From positions 240,419 through 304,418 of the forward strand of contig JAYPJF010000001.1 in NCBI GenBank assembly GCA_038128225.1: a DNA stretch of 64,000 nucleotides, in the 5' to 3' direction. Below, piece after piece: positions 1-10,041 of the stretch (positions within the stretch are counted from its first letter, which is position 1; each line of letters starts with the position of its first letter). The notes under the pieces are model-generated. The model was not told where the DNA came from and did no database searches. It was given only the letters and a program-made list of their open reading frames with translations. The DNA is from a bacterium. Its GTDB lineage: Bacteria > Patescibacteriota > Minisyncoccia > Phycocordibacterales > UBA2100. Position numbers and translations under genes: made by a program.

Positions 1-8
1 GCGCGCCG

Positions 9-3000
9 ATGATAAGTCATGCAGTGCCGCCACCACCTGGCGGAGCTCCGACACCGTCAACCGCAGCTCCAACAGAAGGATCCACGGAAACAAGTGAAGA
101 CGCGGCAAACAAAGGCGAAAAAAAACCGGAAACAGCCGTAAAGGAAGAAAACGACCCATGCAAAAAAGCTCCAAATTCTGTTGAGTGCGAGAATCAGCTT
201 AAGTCAGGAAAAAAACCAAAATGTGGAACCGTTACGTATCAGCTTCCAGACGGGAGCAGTATTAAGTGTGCAAAAGCTGCTCCAAAAAATGGTAGTTGTA
301 CACAAGACACCAGCGCAAAAGTCTGTTCACAGACGGATCTTGGGCGTGGCGAAACCTATCCAGGAAGTGCCGATACCAATCCAACATACAAACCGCCTTC
401 GACCGGGGAGGCGAGCGTTGATCCAGGCGACGCGTTTGGGGAAGTAGATCCTGGAGAAAGTTATGGATTTGACCCTGACTTCGACCCCGGAAAGGCAATA
501 GAAGAATCTGGCTCTATCAAACCGGGTGTTTCAGGGACCACAGAAACACCTGAAATAAAATACGCCTCCCCAGAAGAGTTTTTATATAACGGCAGTAAGC
601 CATCAGCTGAATTTGTTCAAGCAGCACTAAAGAGTCTGGGTCCGGGAGGCAGCTTTACGCCGCTCTCGAATTTTAGTAGCGATTTATCATCGTTCTATTT
701 TCCACCTTCTTCTGGGTTGGGAAGTGTGCGACTTGATCCAACTATAGATTATGGTTCATTCGGCTCTTTTACCGCACCATCAACATTTTCAGCTATGCCG
801 CGCGCTGTTCCTACTGTGCCGGTAACTGACTTTCAAACATTCGCACCCCCCTCGATAACATATTCATCACTGGCGGGTTCTGATTTTGCTTTTGATCCAG
901 CAACAGGACTGTGGGCCGATGGGCTCGGGGCCATATCCGACACCGGGTCTCCGTTCGGCCGTGTGGTTTTTGAAGACCCGTCTGTTGGGACAGGTTTCTC
1001 CTTTTCGAGCGCTGCGGGATTTCCTGAGGCAGCACTTACCGGGACCGCTATTGATGTTGAGAAAGGTGGCGCTGGCGCATTGTCTGCACTCGAAGGAACC
1101 GCAGCGGATTACTTTGGAACAGCAGGTACCGATTTATCAAAAGCGTTCGATTTGAATAGCCAAGCAGGTATCACTGTTATTGCCGATACCGCAGTGGCAA
1201 CAGAAGTCCCGGGCACGTTTCTTGCGGATCCAAAAGTAACACTCGCCGATATCACCGGTGCAGTCCTTAAAGGAGATTTATTTGAAGGCGGTCGCTTGAT
1301 TGGGCAGGGCGTGCGCGGATTATATGGAGACTTGGCGCGACGGTTCGAAGGCGCGTCGGATTTATTCGCGAGTTACTTACCGTGGACACAGAATACCCTC
1401 ACTACACTAGATGGAGTAGATGAGTTTGCACCAGGAACCATCCTTGGGGGGTTCGATAGTATCGGTACTGAATCTGTAAATGGAATACCAGGGTATGAAT
1501 CCCCTTTAACGAGTGAGTTTGTGATAATCGACGCCACGGGGGACATTGTCTCGGTGACATCGGCGCCGACACAAAATTTTCCCACAACCATCGATGACCT
1601 TATCGCAGTAGGCGAAGCGCGCGGGGTGAGCGGTGAAAGTTACGACCCAAAAACAGGTACGTATAGTTACGATCCGGAGCAAGAAGGCGGATTGGTTCCA
1701 GGAGTAAGTTTTGCAAGTGCGGACGAAGTTGCCGCACCTGTTAATTCTGAAATACAAAACCCTGAGATGGGAGGATCTGCGGCGCGAAAAGCGTGGAATG
1801 ACTATATTGACGCGTCTTCGAGACTCGCGCAGCTTGAAGCGTCTTCCGTGTCTGATCCGCTTGCAGTTGCGGGGTACGAACGGGAATTGGAAGCGGCTCG
1901 AGCGCGTGTTGCCGCACTTGATCCTTCACGATCGAGACTGAGTATTTCGGATCAATACTTTAGAACCGCCGCGGTTGATTTTGACGCGCTGGAACAGCAG
2001 GCAGTCGAAGACCCAAATACATTATTCGGGACAGATTTTACTCCGAATCCAGAAAACGCAGCTGCTGTTCGGCGACTCGTTGATTACAACAACGCAATTG
2101 CAACAGATCAGGCTATCTTCTCTCAAAAAGTTAAACACCTCAATGCGTTGGTTGCTGATAACGAGCTTATGTACAACATGCAGGATGCTATTAAAACTGA
2201 ATTGGCGCGAGAACGATCAGAAAGTTTTTGGAAAAGCGCACTTGAACTGAATACACTGAACCCTTGGGGTGATTTTCGACACCAACAACTCGAAGAGCTC
2301 CAAGGCGCTATCGACACAAACATCGGTCTCATCGATTGGGCCTCGGGATCATGCCCGGAATGTTATGACGCGCTTTATGGTACGGCTGCAGATACTCAAG
2401 CAGAGGTAGTCGCACAGAAACAATTGCTCCAATATGCACGAGATAGAGGCGGCTCAGTCACAAAATGGGAGCTGGCACGTGTTACCGACGATTTTGGTAA
2501 TTTAATCGGGTCACCACCATCACCTGAAGAGTACGCGCGGAATGTGTGGGGCGTCGGGGTTGATGAGACAGGTGTGCCGATAGTACCTGCGCTGGAAACA
2601 AAACGAAGTGAAGCAGGCCAGCTCGCGAATTACGTTTTAACCGGACAAACTCCAGCAGACCCGACTCTTGCAGCAGAGTTGGTTGCAGCAACCGGGGGTG
2701 CTGAACGGGATGCGCGTCGCGCAGTCGTTGACGATACGGTTCCGTGGTTTTCTAAACCAATTACATGGCTTAACAATCAAGCCGAAGCACTGAATGAGTA
2801 CGCTGTTCAGCCGTGGCACTACGATCCGGAATCAGGAACGATTATTGAGCATTCAATAGGGGGCCGCGTTTTGGGATTTGTTGGAGGCGCATTAGCTGAC
2901 GAGGTTGCAGGAGTCGGTCAATCTGTGGGTATATATGGGGAGAATCTTTTTGGCACAGAGGGAGCTCCAAACATGACAACGTTATTAAGCGAGGCCGAAG

Positions 3001-6000
3001 CAAGTAGAAGAATGATTCGCACACTACCTCAGAACATACTCGTAGATACTGGGGAAGCGGCACTTACAGCGTTCGATATTGCAGTCCCGTACGTTGGTGT
3101 GGGTCCTGATATGTGGAGAGTGGGAAAAAGCGCGGCGTCTGCGATAGGGGTCCGAATCGCCGAAGGGCCAGCACTCGCTCCTCCTGGGTTTGGGTGGCTT
3201 GTGCGCGGGGCGGAAAGCTTAGCTCCTCCGCCGATAAGTCTTGGTACCTTGAGTCCAGAGGTTGCGGTAGTATCACCGAGCGCGTTTCCGGCTACCCCAG
3301 GTGTGGCTGCCGATTACGCACCAGTAGTAATTAGCGGGCGATCAGGAGCAACCGCTACGGTACCTCCAGCACCGAGAGTGAGCGCGGCGGATTCATTGAT
3401 GGGGTCGGGTGGCCCTTCGCTTAGTAGCGGCATATCTCCTGCAGTGGTTAAGAATACTGCTCCTTCTGCAAGAAAGATTTCTGATACACCAGCGGTGCCG
3501 CGCGCGGGTTCAGCTCCCGCTAGTAGTGTGAGCGTGCCTGAGCTTGGCGACTTGGCAGGCGCAGAGACCGGCCCATTTTCGACATCATTGTTTCCTCGTG
3601 TTCGTGAAGCGTGGAGAGAATTCGGAGCACCCATAAGAATGCCTTCTTCAGCAGCGTTTTCGCCGAGCCCGCTCCAGTTATTAGAAGGGGCATCAGAAGG
3701 ATTAGGAGGAGTGGTTAAGCTTGGGCAGGCTGTGGCAAGCGATGTGTATGATCTTGGGGTACGGGCGTTTGGTTTGGCGGAAGCACCTTCGCCTACAGTA
3801 TTATTTCCAACGCCAGCAAGTGTCGACGAAATTGTAAAACTTGCAGAACAGGCTGACGGTCTGGCTGTTATTGCTGCTGGCAGCTCTGACTTTGCTGCAA
3901 GCGCACGCTTCAGTGAAGCGAGGGCATTGCTAAACCAGGCGCTCGAAAGTTTTAAGGCGGGAGATACCGGTGTTGCTGCTCAGCTTGCGAGAGAGGGAGC
4001 GGAAAAACTCGACACGGGGGCGCGAATTTTTGCACCAAACGCCGCCGAGAATGGACTCAATGCGTTTATCGCGCACGTCGACGAAGTGAGACTTTCAAGT
4101 GTCGCAGAAGTGCCCGTGGCCCCCGTAATGCCGGCAGGGGGATCTCTTACAGGAGCGGGTCGCGACTTATCAACAGGATCTCGTGTCTCTGGTCTTAATG
4201 TTGTTGCTGAACCTGAAGGGCTTGGGAGCGGGGGGGTGCGCGCCGCGGCTGATGTTTCAACAACTCCATCACCAAACGCGCTCATAGATGACTCGATAGG
4301 CACGCCGTCGCTTGGTGAGGGTGTGACCAATAATCCCACACTCAACCGACTTCTTGGCTATCGTGGCCCGAAAGGCGAGACACTACATTTGGTGGAAGAA
4401 GGGTGGAACCTTGCTCTTAACAAGGACCTCCCATTTACATACCCTGATTCTCGAGCGTTTCCTCGTGCTCAAAGACCTGAATATACGCGTAATCTCGATG
4501 ACCTCATAAAGACCGTAGTCGATGATGTTAATGGCCCCATAATTTCTGACACGTTTGCAAGTCATGCTGAGCGAAGTATATGGAGGTATCAAATTCTCGA
4601 ACCCCTCGATCCGGAGGCTGCCATGCTGCTACAAAGAAACTTTTTACGGACAAATCGTTTTTCTTCCATACGTTCTGCAATGGAGACTGTTATTGGGGGT
4701 TCGGAAAGATATGGCGTCAATTCAGCTTTTGTACAGAATTTAAAAAATGCAGTTGCAAAAATCGAGGATTTGCAAGCAGGGTACGAACAATTGCCTCTAG
4801 CACAAAAGGTCGAGCGGGCGAGGGCGATCCGAAGCATAGCCAAAGAAGCATTTATTGACGAAGTTGCTCCATATCTTAAAAATGCTCCGCTGACGAATAC
4901 CGGAGAAGGTTCGTTGATACCAACGACCGTCCCAAGCGAGACTGCGCAAAAGTCTTTAGTGGGGCGGGTGATGGAAACGGCGCGTACTTCGGTACTTGCC
5001 GCATTTTTGCTTACAAACGGTGATGTGTTGGCGCGTCCCTTTACAATGCTCGATGACGCCCTCGGCGTTCCGATGGTATCAAGAGTGGTAGACGATGTTT
5101 TTGGAATAAACCCTGCTGCTGCGGCGGACGGAAACCCTGCTGATATTGGGGTGATGAAAAGTGCGATTGGTAAACTCAAAGGACAAGGCACGCTCGACGA
5201 GCTTTCGTTGATCCGAAACGATCCTGAACGTTTAGCTATTGTCATGAGCACTGTATACGATGAGCTTGAAAGCGCGGGGCGGCTGGCACCTCAATTCAAA
5301 AGTAAAAAAGAGTTTTTTGCATTTGCAAATGCAATGATTACGCGCGAAATAGAAGTTCCGTCGCTTGCAAGCTTTGGCATAAACGGCTCCGGGCTAGGGC
5401 AGTTAACCGGAACGGGTATCAGGGGGGTGTGGGGGACAGACCTCCCATACGCCATGTCGATTATTCGAAGAAACGATTCGGTCAATTTAGTAACTTCGCT
5501 CACTTTGCTCAACAAAGAAGTCTTGGAAAATGGAACGCTCTACTTGGGGGCGCGAGGATACAATGGGAACCCTGTACTCAGAAATGCGTATGGCAAACAA
5601 GTCGTTGAACTAACGGTAATGTATGAAAATGCGCTTGATACTGTGTTTGTTACTCCCGATGCGGCAATAGAAGAAACATTAGGTGCTGCACGGCGATACG
5701 CGCCAAAGACCGCCGAAGCGGGTGAATGGGCCGAAGTAATTCGGGCGCAAGCGCGGATTCTCGGGGGAACCGATATGGAACCAATACTTGTTGCGGGGAG
5801 ATCTGCGAATACTCCTATGGGGCCGATTTTAGCCTCGCTCGCTCCTCCGCAACCGATAGAAATAGTACCGGTGAGCGCGGTTGGTGGAGGAAAGGTTGTT
5901 GTGGGCAATACCCCCGCCGTTACACCAGGAGTCACCGCAGTAGTCGCCCGGACTGAAAGCGGTGTCAATACCGGAGTACGCGCCTCTGCTTCTACACCTA

Positions 6001-9000
6001 CGCTTGCGGCTTTAATAGAGGAAGGCACAGAGGCTCTACGAACCCTTACTGGATTGCCGAGGGCGTTGGTTGACGAAGTACCGGCGAGAGCGCCAACGCC
6101 AGTAGAATCTTCAGGTTCTCTTGTCGCGTTGCGACCACGCACACCTCGTGTGGAGGGGCTTCCAGAAAGCATTGCCGCAAGAGCAGATGAGACTGGGGAA
6201 GGTGCGTTACTTGGAGTGCCAGATGAATTATCGAGTGGAACAGTGAATGGTGGCGCGGCGTCTTTCAAGAATCTTTTGGATCGAGCTGATGGCATCGTTT
6301 TCAGCGGTACTGTGGACGACGGTATCGGTGCAGGCGCGTCCCTCGACGATGTTTCTAGCGCTGGCGTGGAGAGTATCGCGCGGCGATTTGCACCAAAGCC
6401 ACCTTCGACTTTAGCAGCAGAGAGGCCGTCGCTATTCAGTCGCTTTTTTGGAGACCGGGGCGCAGAAAGTGTTTCGGCGGTTGATGTCGATGCCGCAATT
6501 CGTGGGCTAGGACCAAGAGGGACAACAGGTATCATCGATGAGCCCATAGGGAGCGCATCGGTTGGCGTGTCAGAAAACGTGATTGGTGATGTCGCTGTGA
6601 TTGGTGATGAGCTTGGTGAGCTCCCGGCATTTTTGAGGGGTGGGGATCTGCCCCCGAATGTTCAAGGAGTATTGGATTCGCTCACGCCTGATGCAGTAGA
6701 GATTGAGGCGATCCCAGCCTCTACTGGCCGAGCACTCGCGGTGCTGGGATCGGCGCCTGAAGAGATTGTGTTATCTAGCCGGTGGCTCGACGCAGAGGCA
6801 CGTCTTCTAAAAGCGCAAACAGGCACGGTGGGCGAAGGGGTTATCGCGCTCCCAGATCTGGGCGTTGTCGATGAGGTAGTTGATTTAGCGAGATTTATCG
6901 AAGATCCGATTGGCGCAGGGGCATTGTTGCCTGAGCCTCGAGTTACAACGGCTCGACCAACAGTAGGGACGTCTTTCGACGATACAGTGCGCGACATGAC
7001 GGAGCGGGCAGGTCGGGCGGCAGCAGCCGACCTAGCAGGCACTCTTAACGCACGCGCTGACGCGCTTATGAAAGAAGCAGCAGCAGCGCGGGCGTATGTA
7101 ACCAGTATTGATTCATACGGCATGACGCCTCGCGCACGCATTTTTGAGAGCGCGAGCGCTTCGTACGATGTTGCAGCGCGAGAAATGCGAGAGGCGGCGA
7201 TTCGACTCGATGAAACACTCGCGCTATCGCTTGATGACGCTGTGGAACTCGGGCGCGATGCAGAACGCGCGGCGTTGCGTGGTCGTGAAGCAGCGATCGA
7301 GGCCTATCGATTGGCGCAAATCGGACGATTTGCTGACGATGCGGTAGTGCTAAGAGAACTCGGGATAACACCAACTATCGCGGCTGATGTAGCTCCACTA
7401 AGTAGTGCGTTTCGATCGCTTGAGGCAGTCCCAACAAGTCATGCGGTGCTCGCCGGGGTACCGGGAGGTCCGACAAGCGGAGCGCTTTCAGATGGAGTTG
7501 CCCGGATGGCCGAAAGTATCGGGGGTGCGGGGCAGTCACTGCGCCAGTGGGTTACAAGGACTCTTCAAGATAGCGCTGTGTCACTGGATTCAATGACTCG
7601 CTCGGCGCTCGCCTATCGAAATATTTTTGACAACCTCCTCGAAAGAGGAGCGGCAAGTTCGGAGCGGGGTTTTGCAAACATCGACAACATTTTGCGGCGG
7701 ATGAACGAAACAGTTTCCGAATCTATGGATGTGCGGGTTGTTCGCGACGCGCGCACAGATCTTTCGTACGCGCGGTCTCTCGCGCGGGTGCGCGAGAGTG
7801 CGCACAGGCTCGAAGCGCTCACGGACCTCGGGCGAAGTGCGGAACTCATCCGGGCGGCAGACCGGTACGCTGATGCAGTTAGATCTTTTGATGAATCCAT
7901 TGCAGCGCTTGACAGAGCTGAACAAGTTACAACAAGCGCCGCGCGGCGTGGATATGTGGAAGGTGCTGTTTGGAATGGCACGCAAGCGCGCGCTGCTATA
8001 CAGGACGCAGAGCGCATACTTGCGCAAACCGACACTGCAGCGACCACATGGCGTGATCGCATAAAACGACTGTACCCATTAGCAGCCGTACTATTACTTG
8101 ATGATGATACAACACAAAACCCAGGCGGTATATCTCCCGAATTTAGTGAAACGCACATCGATTCTTGCGAAGGCGGTACGTGTGTTCTGACCGATATAAG
8201 CACCGGGGAAAAGTTTCTGGTAAGCGGAGTTGATTTTTCAGATGTCGTACGCTCGGGAATTGTCTGTAACGAAACCGGATGCCAATTGTATATAGAACGG
8301 GAGGGCAAAGGTGCTGAGGCGCTTTCGCTTGAATCAGGGCGTGACGGAGCCCTCTTTCCCAAGAGCGAGGAATCATTCGGGGGAAGTGGCGAAGAAGACA
8401 CAACTGTCCTAGGAGTGGCTGCGGTCACGGAATCAGACACCGGGGACGCTCTCGCAGATGATGGTGTAGCTGGCGAAGAAGGTGACGCAACAAGATCCGA
8501 TGACACAGGCGGCGAGCGCACAGACATTATTCCTGAAGGTACCGGTGACGATTCTACAGGTGGAGTAGCAGATGCGAAAGATGACGGAGGCGGAGACGGC
8601 GCATCTGACGCAACGGCGAGCGGGTCGGGAGATGCAACTGGTGGGACTACACCTGGGGTTGGTGGGGGCGGGGCTTCGTCAGGTGGTGGAGAAGGGCTCA
8701 GTGGCTTACTCAATAACCTGCTTTCGATGCTTAGCGGAAAACAGCAATCAGCGTCGGGGGGATCGGAGAATCCGGAAGTGTTACCACCCGCAGCGCCCAC
8801 CAAACCCCGTTTAAGTTGTGCTGATGTGATCGCGCTTGTTAAACCACATGGGGAGAGTGTTGGCGAAGGAAAAACAACAGTCTCGTGGGGTTGTTATGGT
8901 GAGGCGACCGCAGCGCGCGGCATAGGTTTTAAACTCGGGGCAACAGAGAGTAATAGTGGGGCTGCGAGTGGGTCATTTGTCGTCCCTGTTAAAGATACTG

Positions 9001-9569
9001 GTCAACAAAAACTCACGCTCGGTATCGAATGTGTCCGAGGAGGCACCGTGTTGGGTAAGCGCACGTGCGACATTCCTGTCGTGCGGCCGAGTGCAACAGT
9101 GGTTGTTGCGCCGTCAGCGGTAGCGCGCGGCGCGACGGCGCGCATTTCATGGAGCAGTGTTGAAACACTCGGAAGCGCAGATGCATGTCGCCTCTACGGT
9201 CCTGAGTCCGCGTTACTCGACACAGGAAAAGCAACAGGCGAAGCGTTCACGCCCCCGCTGAGGCGGAACACAGAATTCGCGCTTCAATGTGACACCAAAG
9301 GAGGCGGGGTATTACTCCATAAATTCATCATTTCGGTACTCGATGACACCGGGGATGCGGTAAAAGTTATTATCCCCGCGCGCACACAAGCATCGGTGAT
9401 GTCTACGGAAAATACGAGCGCAGAAGAATTTTTAGGATCAAACACGGGTTCACAAACGACTGGCAGCGGTGGATTCACTGGCACAAGCGGGGGTACTACG
9501 GTGGAGTTGTGTAATCCGGAAGATGGCATCTATATCTTCACTCAATGTATTCTAAACAGTTCGATATAG
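9..9569 (+). CDS. Giant (>=3186 aa) modular surface/secreted protein, probably 5'-truncated; contains an SLT-like lytic transglycosylase module and C-terminal Cys-paired Ig-like domains
   Basis: Single uninterrupted ORF, frame open to the window edge. Cys-rich N-terminus, coiled coil, Ala/Gly/Pro-rich linkers, AMITRE..GLGQLT..GARGYNGN motifs (5331-5570), acidic Gly-rich linker, two 'SW..C' Ig-like repeats near the C-terminus. Confidence 0.85.
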   Translation: MISHAVPPPPGGAPTPSTAAPTEGSTETSEDAANKGEKKPETAVKEENDPCKKAPNSVECENQLKSGKKPKCGTVTYQLPDGSSIKCAKAAPKNGSCTQDTSAKVCSQTDLGRGETYPGSADTNPTYKPPSTGEASVDPGDAFGEVDPGESYGFDPDFDPGKAIEESGSIKPGVSGTTETPEIKYASPEEFLYNGSKPSAEFVQAALKSLGPGGSFTPLSNFSSDLSSFYFPPSSGLGSVRLDPTIDYGSFGSFTAPSTFSAMPRAVPTVPVTDFQTFAPPSITYSSLAGSDFAFDPATGLWADGLGAISDTGSPFGRVVFEDPSVGTGFSFSSAAGFPEAALTGTAIDVEKGGAGALSALEGTAADYFGTAGTDLSKAFDLNSQAGITVIADTAVATEVPGTFLADPKVTLADITGAVLKGDLFEGGRLIGQGVRGLYGDLARRFEGASDLFASYLPWTQNTLTTLDGVDEFAPGTILGGFDSIGTESVNGIPGYESPLTSEFVIIDATGDIVSVTSAPTQNFPTTIDDLIAVGEARGVSGESYDPKTGTYSYDPEQEGGLVPGVSFASADEVAAPVNSEIQNPEMGGSAARKAWNDYIDASSRLAQLEASSVSDPLAVAGYERELEAARARVAALDPSRSRLSISDQYFRTAAVDFDALEQQAVEDPNTLFGTDFTPNPENAAAVRRLVDYNNAIATDQAIFSQKVKHLNALVADNELMYNMQDAIKTELARERSESFWKSALELNTLNPWGDFRHQQLEELQGAIDTNIGLIDWASGSCPECYDALYGTAADTQAEVVAQKQLLQYARDRGGSVTKWELARVTDDFGNLIGSPPSPEEYARNVWGVGVDETGVPIVPALETKRSEAGQLANYVLTGQTPADPTLAAELVAATGGAERDARRAVVDDTVPWFSKPITWLNNQAEALNEYAVQPWHYDPESGTIIEHSIGGRVLGFVGGALADEVAGVGQSVGIYGENLFGTEGAPNMTTLLSEAEASRRMIRTLPQNILVDTGEAALTAFDIAVPYVGVGPDMWRVGKSAASAIGVRIAEGPALAPPGFGWLVRGAESLAPPPISLGTLSPEVAVVSPSAFPATPGVAADYAPVVISGRSGATATVPPAPRVSAADSLMGSGGPSLSSGISPAVVKNTAPSARKISDTPAVPRAGSAPASSVSVPELGDLAGAETGPFSTSLFPRVREAWREFGAPIRMPSSAAFSPSPLQLLEGASEGLGGVVKLGQAVASDVYDLGVRAFGLAEAPSPTVLFPTPASVDEIVKLAEQADGLAVIAAGSSDFAASARFSEARALLNQALESFKAGDTGVAAQLAREGAEKLDTGARIFAPNAAENGLNAFIAHVDEVRLSSVAEVPVAPVMPAGGSLTGAGRDLSTGSRVSGLNVVAEPEGLGSGGVRAAADVSTTPSPNALIDDSIGTPSLGEGVTNNPTLNRLLGYRGPKGETLHLVEEGWNLALNKDLPFTYPDSRAFPRAQRPEYTRNLDDLIKTVVDDVNGPIISDTFASHAERSIWRYQILEPLDPEAAMLLQRNFLRTNRFSSIRSAMETVIGGSERYGVNSAFVQNLKNAVAKIEDLQAGYEQLPLAQKVERARAIRSIAKEAFIDEVAPYLKNAPLTNTGEGSLIPTTVPSETAQKSLVGRVMETARTSVLAAFLLTNGDVLARPFTMLDDALGVPMVSRVVDDVFGINPAAAADGNPADIGVMKSAIGKLKGQGTLDELSLIRNDPERLAIVMSTVYDELESAGRLAPQFKSKKEFFAFANAMITREIEVPSLASFGINGSGLGQLTGTGIRGVWGTDLPYAMSIIRRNDSVNLVTSLTLLNKEVLENGTLYLGARGYNGNPVLRNAYGKQVVELTVMYENALDTVFVTPDAAIEETLGAARRYAPKTAEAGEWAEVIRAQARILGGTDMEPILVAGRSANTPMGPILASLAPPQPIEIVPVSAVGGGKVVVGNTPAVTPGVTAVVARTESGVNTGVRASASTPTLAALIEEGTEALRTLTGLPRALVDEVPARAPTPVESSGSLVALRPRTPRVEGLPESIAARADETGEGALLGVPDELSSGTVNGGAASFKNLLDRADGIVFSGTVDDGIGAGASLDDVSSAGVESIARRFAPKPPSTLAAERPSLFSRFFGDRGAESVSAVDVDAAIRGLGPRGTTGIIDEPIGSASVGVSENVIGDVAVIGDELGELPAFLRGGDLPPNVQGVLDSLTPDAVEIEAIPASTGRALAVLGSAPEEIVLSSRWLDAEARLLKAQTGTVGEGVIALPDLGVVDEVVDLARFIEDPIGAGALLPEPRVTTARPTVGTSFDDTVRDMTERAGRAAAADLAGTLNARADALMKEAAAARAYVTSIDSYGMTPRARIFESASASYDVAAREMREAAIRLDETLALSLDDAVELGRDAERAALRGREAAIEAYRLAQIGRFADDAVVLRELGITPTIAADVAPLSSAFRSLEAVPTSHAVLAGVPGGPTSGALSDGVARMAESIGGAGQSLRQWVTRTLQDSAVSLDSMTRSALAYRNIFDNLLERGAASSERGFANIDNILRRMNETVSESMDVRVVRDARTDLSYARSLARVRESAHRLEALTDLGRSAELIRAADRYADAVRSFDESIAALDRAEQVTTSAARRGYVEGAVWNGTQARAAIQDAERILAQTDTAATTWRDRIKRLYPLAAVLLLDDDTTQNPGGISPEFSETHIDSCEGGTCVLTDISTGEKFLVSGVDFSDVVRSGIVCNETGCQLYIEREGKGAEALSLESGRDGALFPKSEESFGGSGEEDTTVLGVAAVTESDTGDALADDGVAGEEGDATRSDDTGGERTDIIPEGTGDDSTGGVADAKDDGGGDGASDATASGSGDATGGTTPGVGGGGASSGGGEGLSGLLNNLLSMLSGKQQSASGGSENPEVLPPAAPTKPRLSCADVIALVKPHGESVGEGKTTVSWGCYGEATAARGIGFKLGATESNSGAASGSFVVPVKDTGQQKLTLGIECVRGGTVLGKRTCDIPVVRPSATVVVAPSAVARGATARISWSSVETLGSADACRLYGPESALLDTGKATGEAFTPPLRRNTEFALQCDTKGGGVLLHKFIISVLDDTGDAVKVIIPARTQASVMSTENTSAEEFLGSNTGSQTTGSGGFTGTSGGTTVELCNPEDGIYIFTQCILNSSI

Positions 9570-9573
9570 AACA

Positions 9574-10038
9574 TTAGAAACCAAGCGCTTCGAAAAGCGT
9601 GAAAGTCCACGGCTCGGTAAGCTCGACTTCAGGAACGCGGCGCGCGCGGAGGAATGCGCGCACTTCTGCCGGGTCGATTCCCTCAACAGGAATAATAATG
9701 TCGGGATTCATAAAGCGAGGGGTGTCGAGAAGGAGTGTAGCGCCGTCTTCATGTTCGCGAACCCAAAATGCGTACATCTCCGGGTAACGAAACGTAAGGT
9801 CGTCAATATGAAATCCGTTTTCATCGAGTTCAAAAATAACGAGCCGTGGCTCACGCATCGCAAACATCCCAAGAGTGAATGCGGCAATGGCAATCAATAG
9901 TGCGAATAAGAAATTTTGAAACAAAATGGCTGTGAGCGCGCTCGAGACAGCGATGACGCCTAACGCCCAGTACCAATCGGCGCCACGCTCAGTATGTTTG
10001 TGCTCGGGTGCTTCCCAGCGAAGTTTCTGGGCGGGCAT
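9574..10038 (-). CDS. Conserved hypothetical membrane protein (two TM helices plus small beta domain)
   Basis: 154-aa ORF with W-E-A-P-E-H..R..DWYW motif followed by two hydrophobic helices; lies 3 nt downstream of the pilin gene. Confidence 0.75.
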   Translation of the reverse strand: MPAQKLRWEAPEHKHTERGADWYWALGVIAVSSALTAILFQNFLFALLIAIAAFTLGMFAMREPRLVIFELDENGFHIDDLTFRYPEMYAFWVREHEDGATLLLDTPRFMNPDIIIPVEGIDPAEVRAFLRARRVPEVELTEPWTFTLFEALGF

Positions 10039-10041
10039 ATT

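Noticed and set aside
4589-8803. Long antisense ORFs (220, 335, 159 and 396 aa) opposite the giant gene
   Set aside because: Shadow frames of Ala/Gly/Ser-rich coding sequence with no motifs. The same applies to 27825-28718, 29018-29734 and 50903-51862.
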